A stretch of 64,000 nucleotides of DNA, from contig JAQFVV010000006.1 in the NCBI GenBank assembly GCA_028023455.1, positions 7,936,001 through 8,000,000 on the forward strand. The letters are read 5' to 3'. Below, one piece after another: positions 51,626 to 63,488 of this stretch (position 1 is its first letter; each line of letters begins with the position of its first letter). This stretch comes from Epiperipatus broadwayi. Its lineage: Eukaryota; Animalia; Onychophora. The notes under the pieces are model-generated. The model had not been told where the DNA came from and ran no database searches. It saw only the letters and a program-made list of their open reading frames with translations. The translations under genes were made by a program, and so were the position numbers.

Positions 51626-53665
51626 GCAAAGAAAGTAAAGGAGAAAAATAAGAGTACATACTTCTAATTAAGGTTTCACTATATATAATTAAAGTACTCT
51701 GCAATTGATTATGTAATTAGTCTATTAAAAAGCTGTAACGTACAATAAAATGGATTCTAATGTAAGCTCTTAATTGTATGCTTTCTGACTATAAAAAAAG
51801 TATTGCATTAACAAGTCTTTATATTTCATACTTCTATTATTTATAATACTTCACTCATATACACTTTGATGCAAGTAATTTTCTTAACCTTCTTTATTTT
51901 CTTACAGTTTCGACTTTCCAGCAGTCTTCGTCAGAGCTACAAGATTTGAACAATACAAATACATAATTATCATTTCAGATATATATGTATAAATCATATA
52001 TAAATCAAATATATACATATATATATATATCTTCATCATTCTATATATATACAAAACATACACATACATATCAAAAAATAGACATATATCTTCTTCATAT
52101 ATATACACATATAAATCCATATGACCGCCAGACATATATATAATCCATATACATTTATATATACATATGCATATCCAATACTTAGACATACCTCTTTTAA
52201 ACATACATCTATATACAGATATACATACACCTATAGACACATATACAATCCTCATATATCTTTACTAATACACATCTATATGTATATTTTACCTACACAT
52301 ATATATATATAAAATACAAAACATCCAATTTACCGTTTTTTACAATTTTTTTTTTTATCTTTTTAAACAATTCCATTTTTACTTTTTATTTTAAAACAAG
52401 CCTTTAAATATTCTTCTTCTTAATGTTATCTTATAATATTTAATACTATTTTATTAATATTATTTTTATAATTATCTAATATATAACATCTTTTACATTA
52501 CTATCTTTAATTTTGCTTTTTATAACTTTTATCTCTATATCACTAAATAATATTTTTTAACATCATTACCTTAATCCTCCTTACAGTTTAACCTTAATTA
52601 AAATGACCGTTATTTCAAAATCTTGTTTATTCATTTAAAACAGCTCCCTCTTTTATATATTATAAAACTTATAATTCTATGTAAACTTTCCAACTTCCCA
52701 ATTATAATCATTAACCATAATCCAATATTATAAAATAACTACTTAACCATTATTTCACATATAAATACACATATCGTCCATATTTCCTACATATATATAT
52801 ACATCTTCTCTTTACCTCTATACATATAACTAAAAATAATATATGAAATAATATATAAAACCCAATATATAAAACTATATCAAAATAAAATTAACAATTT
52901 ACAAATTATTAACAAATCCCTACCTACATCTATACCTCCACACATATACATATCCAATGTATAACTATATTTCTTAAAACATACTCATATATATACCTAT
53001 ACTCATAATACATACATATACCAATCCTCCTATACTTTTATACATACCCACCCTCATAAATACTCCTCTTACTTATACATATATAAGTATACAAAACACA
53101 TCTAATACCCCATTTTATATTACCTTTAAAACCTATTCTATTTTTACTGTTATGTTTTCATTTTATTATCTATCTTGTTTAATTATTATCTAATACATAA
53201 TACCTTTTCACTTCCATATCTATAACACTAACCTATCCAATAGACAATTTTTATTACCTTTAAAACTATTTTATTATTACTTTTATTTTTTGAAAATTTT
53301 TATAACAAATTTACCAAATCTTATAAACATTTACCTTTTTATTATTTATTATTACTATCAACTCCCTCTGTTATCAATTTTATAAAACTTATAACTATTT
53401 TTTAACCTATATTTATTAACAAATTTTACAAGTCTTTTATGTATATCCACATATTATAACTTTTAACTTACTTTCTTTTATTACTATTATTATTACTACC
53501 TTTATTATTAATCTATCACAACAATAACCATGTCAACACCAAAATCTTTTACAAACCATATCTTAATTTTATACTCAATATTCACTACCCATATACACAT
53601 TTATATACTCCTAAAACATATATATATATACATTTATTTTAATACATAAGCCTATAAATCCAATA

Positions 53666-53962
53666 CTATACCCACCAACACAACATTTTTAGTCCCCCAT
53701 CCCTATTTAAACTAGGCCTTATATTCCTAATTAGTATTGCCTCTTTTATTTTTCTATCTCTTCTTTTATTAGTATATCCTATCATTTTTATACTCTCTTT
53801 GTCAAATACATGCCCTGTTTCCATAGTATGCAAATAAATTGGTGAATTTTTGTCATACCTATGTTGATTTAACCTCATAAAAATAGAATTCTTTGTCTCA
53901 CCTACATATTTTGTCCTTACCTTATTTTGCTTACAATATCTACAATCTATTTGATATATGCC
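53666..53962 (-). pseudogene. GIY-YIG endonuclease domain of PLE element B
   Basis: The frame extends upstream of the listed ORF: GIYQIDCRYCKQNKVRTKYVGETKNSIFMRLNQHRY...KIKEAILI...SLNRDGG. A 1-nt frameshift lies just before GIY. Confidence 0.9.
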
Positions 53963-54036
53963 ATATCTTTAATATATTTATTATCTAATATATTCATTAC
54001 ATTTTTTCTTTTTTTATTTACTAACTTATATAATTT

Positions 54037-54755
54037 TAATGCGCAAATATGCGCACAACAACCGAGCTTCATCAGGATTAAATAACAAAATATTATAAAC
54101 TCAAAATAATTATAATATCTAAAGAATAATGCCCGAGCGCTTTCAAGAGAACTTAGCTCTCATAATCATGGGCAACAAAGAATAAGCATAGCGTGTTGGT
54201 ATATGCTAAAATATGCTGATATATATAAATTAGTTGAAAATAAATGCATCAGCTCTAAATGATCCATTTCTTAGAGATTTTGTAACACGCATCTTTCCTA
54301 TTCATAGCCTTATCATCAATAGCAATAAAACATGCTTCTTTAACTTTTCTCTTAATGTCATTTCTCTCCCTGCAAATTATTCTTGCATTTTTAGGTTCAC
54401 ATGCATGACCAGCTGATTTCTGATGTATTGCAAATATTGAGTTGCAATTTGGGTCTGCTTGGGCCTTATTGTAAGAATATCTGTGCTGGGATAGTCTTGT
54501 AGAAAGAGTTGCTTTCGTTTCCCCATGGTATGATGCCATGCAGTTATTTTCTGGACATGAAATATTATATACGGCCTGAGAGGTGTTGTTGGGTGTTATA
54601 ATGTCTTTGGTGTTATTAATAATTCTATTTGTATTAGGGGGTGTATGAAAGCTTAGTTGAAATTCTTTATTAAACACTGAGTAAAATTTTCTATGGGTAG
54701 TTGCAATATATGGTAACAAAATTCTATTTTTCTGCTGCTTAATAACATTGCTGTT
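54037..54755 (-). mobile_element. Nested young Penelope-like element A (5'-truncated), inserted into element B
   Basis: Composition switch at both ends. TAATTT at 54031-54036 and 54756-54761. Open linker plus GIY-YIG, with a family G HHR in the 3' part. Confidence 0.8.
54131..54173 (-). ncRNA. Hammerhead variant, family G (A3-U8 core)
   Basis: gccc-AUGAUUA-U-gagag cuaaguu cucuu-GAAA-GCGC-UC-gggc. Confidence 0.75.
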
Positions 54756-55010
54756 TAATTTACTGTAAAATCTTTTATTAATTTTTCTAATAATTTTATT
54801 AACATTCTTAACTATATTATTACTATATGTTTTAACCCCTATATACTCCTTCTTTATATTTTTATTTCTATATTTAACACTCTCTTCTTCCTTATTACCT
54901 TTCTTATATTTTTCTTCTATTAATTTTATATTATTCACTATCACATTCTCTGGATACTCATACTTCACCTTTTCAAATAGATCATGGGTTGCCAACCTGG
55001 TTCTTACCAC
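54255..55010 (-). CDS. Chimeric PLE ORF (residues 1-85 from element B; linker and GIY-YIG from element A)
   Basis: LLPYI...KD...AVYNISC...YHGETKATLSTRLSQH...KRKVKEACFI, which is the Penelope/Poseidon-type endonuclease layout. No RT domain is present. Confidence 0.85.
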   Translation of the reverse strand: MVRTRLATHDLFEKVKYEYPENVIVNNIKLIEEKYKKGNKEEESVKYRNKNIKKEYIGVKTYSNNIVKNVNKIIRKINKRFYSKLNSNVIKQQKNRILLPYIATTHRKFYSVFNKEFQLSFHTPPNTNRIINNTKDIITPNNTSQAVYNISCPENNCMASYHGETKATLSTRLSQHRYSYNKAQADPNCNSIFAIHQKSAGHACEPKNARIICRERNDIKRKVKEACFIAIDDKAMNRKDACYKISKKWII

Positions 55011-55189
55011 CCACTAATGGATGTTTAAAGCTTTCAGATGGGTGATAGATTATTATAGATGCACAACAGGCATTTAAACTTTTTTACACAGTTGCTTGTG
55101 CCTTAAATAAATTAATTAATATTTTCAAGTTCAAAATAAATTAAATACATTTTATTCTTTCAAATTGATTTCAATTTGTTACTTTATAT

Positions 55190-55560
55190 TGCTATATAAT
55201 GTTTTATAATGAGCTCGCAAATAAGCTCTTAACAAATTTTGCAAAATATCTTCAATCGCAGACCGGTTTCTGCTACTGGTTTCATCAGTGAGGGGCCAGG
55301 ATATTCAAGCATTAAATTAAAAATACTAGTACAAGCCCAACACTTTATCTAATGGATAACTATTAAGTTCTGGGCTTGTCCTAGTATTTTTAATCTAATG
55401 CTTGAATATCCTGGCATCTCACTGATGAAGCCAGTAGCAGAAACCGGCTGGGGTTGAGGATATTCTGCAAAGCTTGTTAAGAGCTTATTTGTGAGCCCTT
55501 TATAAAATATTTGTAATACAAGCTTGTTTAAATTAGGTCATGTGACATCTGACTTGATTT
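55190..55560. mobile_element. Family F fold-back with hammerheads on both strands
   Basis: Arms about 55200-55340 and 55372-55510. ctca-CTGATGA-aaccagtagca-GAAA-CCGG-TC-tgcg at 55257-55292(-). The + copy at 55418-55452 lacks one base at the cleavage site. Confidence 0.9.
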
Positions 55561-57251
55561 ATTTGTAATTTGTACTGTTATATATTTACCAATACATCAT
55601 TACAAATCTTTTTTTGTGCAATTATTATTTCCAAAAGGAATAAATTACAATACCCAGGCATCAGTGGCTGGTAGAGAAATTATACTAGTAACAAGAGTAC
55701 AAATATGGGCAGTAGGTATAAAAAAAGTTGATGACTTTTGAAATAGAGCATTTAAAATCTGCTTTACATAAGCTTGTGAGTGGTGATGTTTAAGACATTG
55801 GTACAGGTGATTAAAAAAAAAATTTGCCTTGAATGTTGCCCTGTGAACCTTATATTTTCATAGCTACAATTCAAAAGTTAACTATTATATATATCTTGTA
55901 AAAAAAATGTATTTCATACAAAGCTCAGTAGAGGTACTGAAATGTTCTGATGCATGTAATTTAAAGCTACCTCACTTTCTGCATGGACAATTTAAAACTT
56001 ATATTCAAGACTTCTACACTTTATTTAAGAAAATATTGATTTTCATGTAATTTATTCACTAATCTTGACAAGTCAGTTTACTAACGCTCCTTTCTACATT
56101 TCACTAATATATATGATGTTTAAAAAAAAAAACATAATAATGAGATTAGCTATCAGATGCTGAATAATTTATGTTAAAATGTTGAACAACAAAGATAATT
56201 TATTATTTAATAACAATCTAATTTATTTATGTTTGTCTTTTTAATAGCCAGCTTCAATTAACTGTTTGTTTAGATGATTTTTCTGATGAAGAATTATCTA
56301 TTTCTTAGCATCATCTTTTATAACTACAAATTACAAGATAAATTGAGCTTTAATGATATATACATACAGCATCACTTGATTCTTTTAGCTTACTAATTAT
56401 AAATCTACTGCCTCTATTCCACTAGCGCCATCTCTTGTAAATTTAAGTAATCAATAACCAATCAAATGGTAGTTCAGTTCAATCCCCATATCAAACCTGT
56501 GTATAGCTACTAGATTAATGCCAGATCTTTGCAATTGTACAAACAGATTAACTGGGTTCAAATATCCACGATTTTTTTAAATTTTTAAACCAGTAGCTCA
56601 ATAGTAAATAGAGAAATTAAAGATGGCTTCCAAATGCATTCCAAATCCTTATTAATAAAGGCAAAAACCTAAAAGTGATCTGGAAATAGAATTGAAATTG
56701 TACTACTATTTGACAAACTACTGCCAACGTTATGATGCAGGGTGGTAGAGAGAGAATAGGCTGTTCAAGTTTAAACTCTCTACATTTCAATGTATTTCCA
56801 TCAACCCCTGGTGGTAATTTGAATTAATAATTTGATATTTTAATTTTAATATTAAATTCTTTATTCAGAATTATGAATCAATAAATTGGACATAATTTTG
56901 TAGGAATATAACTTTACAAATGCAACACAACGTTAAAAAAAAATCATAGTTTAACTTTCAAACATAGAAAAAATAATGAGGACAATTATTTTTTCTTATT
57001 GGCCAATTGCCGTAACACTTTTAAAAAACATTAAATTAACAAAATCTTTACTGAATAAATTCCATTTTGTAACAAATAATTATAAGGTCATTTTATATTT
57101 TATTAAATTATCATAAAAACGCAATACGGCAATGTGTTGTTGACAAAACATAACAATCGTGCTTCCTTTTTAACATTGCCTTTGATTTCTTAACTAGTAT
57201 TTTTAAAAATGAAACATATTTTTAAAAATGTAAGTGTAAATTTCTGACTCA

Positions 57252-57291
57252 GCTATGAATATGAAGTCTAAGAACTTCAAATGCACTTAGC
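57252..57291 (+). ncRNA. Hammerhead variant, family G, decayed
   Basis: gct-ATGAATA-T-gaagt ctaaga acttc-AAAT-GCAC-TT-agc. Confidence 0.55.
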
Positions 57292-58149
57292 ATATATAAG
57301 CTCATAAACAAAATTAAACTTCTCTAACAAGTGTGTTAGTGCAGAATTATTAGTATCATAAACATTTAAATAAACTACAAAGTTGTGCAATTTTTTCTCT
57401 CATTGCTAATAACAATCAGAAGAGAGTGGGTTTTCCCACTCATCTGTAGTTTCCCCTGGACTACTAACATCTTCAGACTTTTTTTACACTAATAAAACAA
57501 TATTTACTCTAGTTCCAATTTTTATCATCAAATGAATATAAAACCAGAAAAATAATGCTAAAGATAGTCACAAAATAGATTTAAAGCCAAAACACTCAGC
57601 AACATCACAATACTCCATAAACTACTGATTATCATTATCATAGAATTAATGATCTTAAATATTTTTTTATGTTTTCAATATAAAATATTTACAACAAGGA
57701 CCACCAATCCGTATGCGTTTAGGTGATGGGTGTCATGCTGTAGAAACTGCAGGGACATTTTCATAGGATTAGGAAAGAAATGTAAATAAGTAGGAATAGG
57801 CTTTATAAAAAAAGTATTTTATAATGAACTTAAAATAGCATTTATGGACGAGACATGTCCATTTATGTTACAAAGCTAACCTGAAAAGATATTCTAGAAA
57901 GATGCAATATTGAATGTGTTTAATTGCCAGATATAATTAAGAATAGAATGCAATGGGGTTTTTCAAAACTAAATGAGTAAAAAAACAGCACAGAGTAAAG
58001 TGGATATATTTGTGTTCCACAGAATGGATGATATAGTCATTTCAATGCTCATCTTTAACTTTCTGTTCTTTGTTTTTTTCTTTTCAACTTCTAGAGTTAA
58101 ATTGAGCATACTTATTTACAAATAATCCCATTCTAAATAATAGTAGCAG

Positions 58150-58620
58150 CCACTTATTTATGAATGTCTGTTAATGACAAATTATTTGAATAGTTTGCTG
58201 CTAGGGAGATCGTATGACGTTTGAGCACCGGAAGTTGAGATGTGATCCAAACATTTTTAGTTTTTAACTTAGTAACTCTACTATTGCACTTAAACCAGAC
58301 AGAGCAATTGTTGATAATGATTCTTATGACTATAAATTCAAAAAAGCACACGTGCACGCACACACTATTATAAATACAATGAGAAAAGCAGTATAAATGA
58401 TTTTTCTGTGGCATTTGCCTGCATAACGATTGATAATCATTTATAATACAGCTTCCCGGGCTGTCACACTCTGGCTGAAAAAAAAATTAATGGATGTCTT
58501 GAAAGAATTCTGGTTAAATGAAAATATCTGCTCCATTAACATCGCACCAGGGTTGCTACTATCACGTCAATTCCACTACAATGACAACTCCTAAAAATCA
58601 AAAATCCCCCCCTTTTTGCT
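58150..58620. promoter_or_regulatory. Possible promoter-like unique region
   Basis: CpGs locally retained. CCGGAAGT (58228), TGACGT (58215), CACGTG (about 58349) and ATCACGTCA (58561). Not repeated within the window. Confidence 0.25.
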
Positions 58621-59461
58621 TTACCTTCATCTTCAAAATCACTAATTTTAAACCAATACAATAACATTAAAACACGCACACACAAATAAAGGCAAATATT
58701 GTGAAAAATAGTATTTCTTTAACAAAAACGAGATTAAATCTGAATGAGTAGAAGATTCTCATTTATCATGATATGAATTAATAACATTTTGAAATGTAAA
58801 TCAAATTGTCCATAGAATAATCCCTAGTTCATTTTTTGTGCTGCGGCCACAAAGCTGACAAACAAGCAATTCTTTATAACCCTGGTAATTCCAATTTTGA
58901 AAGAGGCACCCTCCCCCATCCCCATCTCAGACATCCCATTTTTATTCTCCACAAAATGGTAAAAGAAGACTAGAACTGGTCTCCTCATGTTTAACATAGG
59001 AGAATTTAGAAGAAAGAGCAATAAAACAAGAATTATAAATCATCAAGGTCCACTAGTCAACAATGAGAAATGTTAATCCAAAAATGAGATGGTGGTGAGA
59101 AGAGGGGAGGGGGGATGCGCTGGAAATCTAACACAGTTACAAGAGATAGAATCAGATTAATAAATATTCACATTTACAAAATAAACGTTTAGGTTGCCAC
59201 ACACATCTATACTTTCAAACGTACGTGTGTACCAATGTTGGATATAGCTTTTGTAGGCCACTAGATTTAAATAAGTTTTTGGGCCCTCTTGAAAGTAAAA
59301 AAAAAAAAAAGGGTCATGTTTTTAAAATTCGTATATTTTTAGAAAAATGAAACGGAAATTTTTCAGAGCATACCTGATATATGAGTTCTTAGAGAAAAAA
59401 AGTTTTGAAATATATTAAATTATTTCCGATTAATTTACTTTATAATAAATTGTGTTATTAG

Positions 59462-60440
59462 CAGATAAATGTAAATGTCAAAACTTAAATAGGCGAAAAG
59501 ATAAAATCATATTTAGTCAGCAAAAATAAAATATAGAACTACCAGACGGTTTCTTTTTTAATATATATATTTCATAAAAAAAAAAAAAAAACAGCCTTTT
59601 TAAAATAAATGACCATGAAACAGGGCAAAGAGTTTTTCAGAAATCTCTCATAGACGAACTATAAGTCTTATATAAACATCCATTTATCAACCGGAGGTAT
59701 TTTCCTCGATCTTCTATAAGCCAGATATCTAAAAGAAAAAAAAAGTAACCCCTGGAAAAGTATTTCACTCAGTCCAGATTCGAACCCCAGAAGATAGATA
59801 TTGTAGGTGGATGTATTAGCTTACTATTTCGAAATAATGTTTATTTAAATTAGAAGATAAGTAAGTGTAAGATGACCATCAAAATTTAAATCGGCGAAAA
59901 GAAAAGATCAAATCATATTTAAGTCAACAAAATAAATTGTAAAACTACCAGATTGTTTCTTTTTTAATATATATTATAGAAAATAAAGCAACCTTTTTTT
60001 AAATAAATAATCCTGAATCAAAACAAGACTTTTCCAGCAGTCTCTTATAGAGGAACGTAGAGTAGCTAAATATCCGTTTACCAATCGGAGGTATTTCCCT
60101 CGGTCTTCTCTAAGCCAGATACCTGAAAGAAAAAAAACAACACCTAATCTCTTGAAAAATATTTCATTCTGTCTAGATTTCGAAATAATGTTTATTCAAA
60201 TTATCAGATAGATAAATGTAAGACGACCATCAATACTTAAATAGGCGAAAAGATAAAATCATAATTAGTCACCAAAAATAAAATTTAAAACTTCTAGACG
60301 GTTTCTTTTTTAAATATATTATAAAAGAACTAAAGCAGCATTTTAAAAATAAAAATGTCGAAACAGGACCATCTTTCCAGCAGTCTCTCATAAAAGAATG
60401 GTAGTTTTCGGTTATGCATACTGTGGTTGCTAGGCGACAC
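59462..60440. repeat. Tandem array of about 2.6 units of 350-400 bp
   Basis: Units start near 59480, 59885 and 60235 (aataggcgaaaagataaaatcat...ccagacggtttcttttttaa). Confidence 0.85.
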
Positions 60441-60779
60441 TGCAGAACCTCCAAGAAGCCTGCAAGTGATAAATTTCTATATGAAAATGGCTGAAATCAA
60501 AGGAAAATTAAAACTAAAATGCCTAAGGCAAGATATCTGAAAAAATCACTGAAGTCAATGTAATACTGATGTTTTTATTTTTAAATATCAGGTGCAAAAT
60601 AATCATGCTCCTCATTAAGAAGCAAATCAGCATCTTATATATAAAATCCATATTTCCTCTGTTGTCTGATTGGTGAATGTATGTTTGTTCATAAAGCTGC
60701 CACTCAAATTCACAAGTAATTTAAAAAATTGTGAAGAAAGTAATTTCACCATTAATAAGAAACACTCAGAAAAAAACCT

Positions 60780-61090
60780 GGTACATGTGCCTTTAACTAC
60801 AGAGGTATGAGATTTAAATTGTGAAGAAAATGTAATTATAGTACATAAATTCATATTTAAAATGTGATATTTGGTAAAGAAAAAAAGAGATATTATACTA
60901 TCATATTACATTTAATTATGGTTAGCGTATTACATTTATGGGAAGAAAGTCAGGACATGTACTCTTAACTATGGGGGTATAGTATTTAAATTGTGAAGAA
61001 AATATGATTACAGTACATAAATTCATGTTTGAAATGTGATATTTAGTGAGGGGAGGAAATAACAGATGCTGTAGTACCGTATTTACATTT
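60780..61090. repeat. Diverged tandem duplication, about 176-bp period
   Basis: atttaaattgtgaagaaaat...agtacataaattcat...aaatgtgatattt occurs twice. Confidence 0.8.
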
Positions 61091-61639
61091 AGTTTTGGTT
61101 AGCATTTAATTGAGGTTGAAACCATGACTTTTTAGGCTGACTACATTACTCACATTTAATATATAATATAAAAATCTTTTGCTAATTTACATTAAATCTT
61201 AAAAAAGTATTGGTTAGTATATAACTGAGTCAAAACAATGGTCTTTCAGACCAGGTACATTTTTCATGTTTAATATAGAATGTTAAAATATTTTGTTTAC
61301 ATTAAATCTTTAAAAAAAAAATTGTTAAAGCAACCATTTAAAAAAAAACATGGCTTATTTAGACCATACATCTGATATATATATATATAATGTAAGCATT
61401 ATATTGATTCATTTAAAATTATCTTTGTACCATTATAAATGGTGAAAGATGATTACGTTTTAATCATTAAGTGATTTATTGTTCAAGATTTCATAGGACG
61501 TTCAAGACCCAAAGTACAAGAATTGTGCTGCAGACCATGGTTTTTATGCTACAAGGTCTGACACTCTACTACTACAATAAACTACATATGGAGAGTGATA
61601 GTTATATTTATCAGTAATCAATTAAATAAAACCATCTTT

Positions 61640-61775
61640 CTTATATTTACATTCAATCGATCTAACAGTTACGACTGACCAGCGATCTTCTTTAGAGCTT
61701 TTTTTGCCTAATCACCTCTGAAAACTGCGGGTCAGTCAAAAAATGTTAGAGTGAGAAAATATAAAATAAAATAAG
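61640..61775. mobile_element. Decayed family E fold-back
   Basis: ctaacagttacgactgaccagcgatcttctttagag versus ctctgaaaactgcgggtcagtcaaaaaatgttag. Confidence 0.6.
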
Positions 61776-62027
61776 CATTATTATAATGATAAAAAAGAGT
61801 AGATTTATTTAACTGTTACATAATTCTACCAATGCTTAAAGAAGATATAAGATGAAAGAAACAATACAATACTTCATATTAGTAATCACTGAAATAGTTA
61901 TTTTTATTGTGATTAAATATAAAAAATAATATAAATTTTGGAAAAATAATGCAAAAGCAACAGATAAATATCAGAACATTTAACATTTGACATTTGTAAA
62001 ATAATATAAAATTTTATAATTTACATA

Positions 62028-62860
62028 TGAGGGGAATACAAAAATAACTGGCATGTTGTAATAAAAAATGGTGTATTTATTTTTAAGTGTTACAAATTGA
62101 ATCCCTTTCAAAGTACAGTTCATTTAATGCAATGTATTGGTCTAAACATGTTTTTCACTTTTCAAATGAGTGCGGAAAGTCTTGCAAAATGATGCCTTTT
62201 AACGCCTGTGGTGTTTTTTTTTCCCTTCACAACTAATTAAATCCATAAAAAAATTTTATGGCATTTTTTCATTCAAGAGAATAAAAAGAATTCACACAGA
62301 GTGAGTTCAAGTGAATATGGCTGATAGATGAGCTGCATCATGCTGAATTTAGTTAATCTTTCACATTCAAGGCTTTGTGTGCTGCCATGTTTGCTGTGCC
62401 TAAAGCTTGCACTCCGAACTAAGCCCAAGATGGGACGTTTTTGCTCACACAAAACTTTTCAGAGCATGTAGGCTTTAAATGGCTGGTTGTTATGAACAAA
62501 TTCTGAGTAAACATTGCTGTTTACATTAAAAACAACAGCTGTGTCTAGACATTGGATCACACTTTTTTGTGATGTGGTGGTTTGATACTTCCATTAAACC
62601 ACTCGTAAACTCTCGTAAACTTGTGTTTTCCCCAGAGCACACGTAAACTTGTGTTTTCCCCAGAGCACTCGTAAACTTGTATTTTCCACAGAGCAGTTTG
62701 CTTGTAAGCTGTTTCAAGCAGTACTTTCTTTGCTGTTTTTTCTTAATAGAACGCAGAATTTCGTGTTGGCCGAACTTCTCAGCCATTATAAAAATCGACA
62801 AACAAGCAAACTGTAATTAACAAAAACTTTTGCTACATTCAATCATGACTTCTCTCAATA
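62028..62860 (-). mobile_element. Degenerate, internally deleted mariner element
   Basis: TA followed by a TGAGGGGAATACAAAAAT TIR-like end at 62026. Transposase remnants ALGKTQVYEWF (HTH) and QPYSLELTLCEFFLF (YSPDLAPCD motif). The right end is not clearly located. Confidence 0.75.
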
Positions 62861-63488
62861 ATGATAATTAGCATATCAATAATGATAATTATCATATCAA
62901 TAATGATAATTAGCATATTGATGCAAGAAAATCCTTTCAAGAGGCATGTAATGACAGAAGGACGTACACCACAATGCATTCACTTTCTAGAGAAGAATTG
63001 CGAGTTATTTTTGGGTAGCTTCTCCTATAATGTATTCAATTTGATTTTTGATTTGGGTTTTTATTGATATGTAAGGTAATAAAGAATTTACAGATACATA
63101 TAGAACTCCCTATTTTGAAATTATGTCTATTTAACCATCAAAAGGGACAAGTTGGATTTAAAAGTAACAAAAGGATCACATTCAATTATTGAGAAAAGTT
63201 ATAAAAAAAAAACCAATGAATATGAATTGCCAATACACTTTGGATTTCTAAATTTATGACAAGGACTTTAATTCTATAAGCATTTCTACAATGATTAAAG
63301 TATTGAATTATCAAAATGTAGATCAAGAATATTATCACTTTCTGAAGAATGTTTATCAAAATGCAATTTGCAGTGGTTAGATTACACAGAAATATGAAGG
63401 AAATTGATATTGAGAAAGGTATGTGACAGGGTGATTTCATATCTAAACATCATATGATCACCATTCTTCGAGCTTACACAAGCTGTTT

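Larger units (their letters stand above)
51901..55010 (-). mobile_element. 5'-truncated Penelope-like element B: thumb/linker, GIY-YIG, long C-poor 3' region and terminal family E hammerhead, interrupted by element A
   Basis: Coding pieces at 54756-55010 and 53666-54030. HHR ct-CTGACGA-agactgctggaaagtc-GAAAC-T-GTA-ag at 51901-51938. Confidence 0.8.

Noticed and set aside
51902-52312. YI-rich ORFs (117, 64 and 63 aa)
   Set aside because: They are translations of TA/CA-rich low-complexity sequence in the PLE 3' region.
54040-54080. Second hammerhead (minus-strand CTGATGAAGCTC) at the end of element A
   Set aside because: No downstream GAAA or closing stem; only a small tgcgc/gcgca hairpin follows.
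58385-58425. MQANATEKSFILL resembling the exostosin-1 N-terminus
   Set aside because: The frame stops after 18 codons, whereas EXT1 has a long first coding exon, so this is coincidental.
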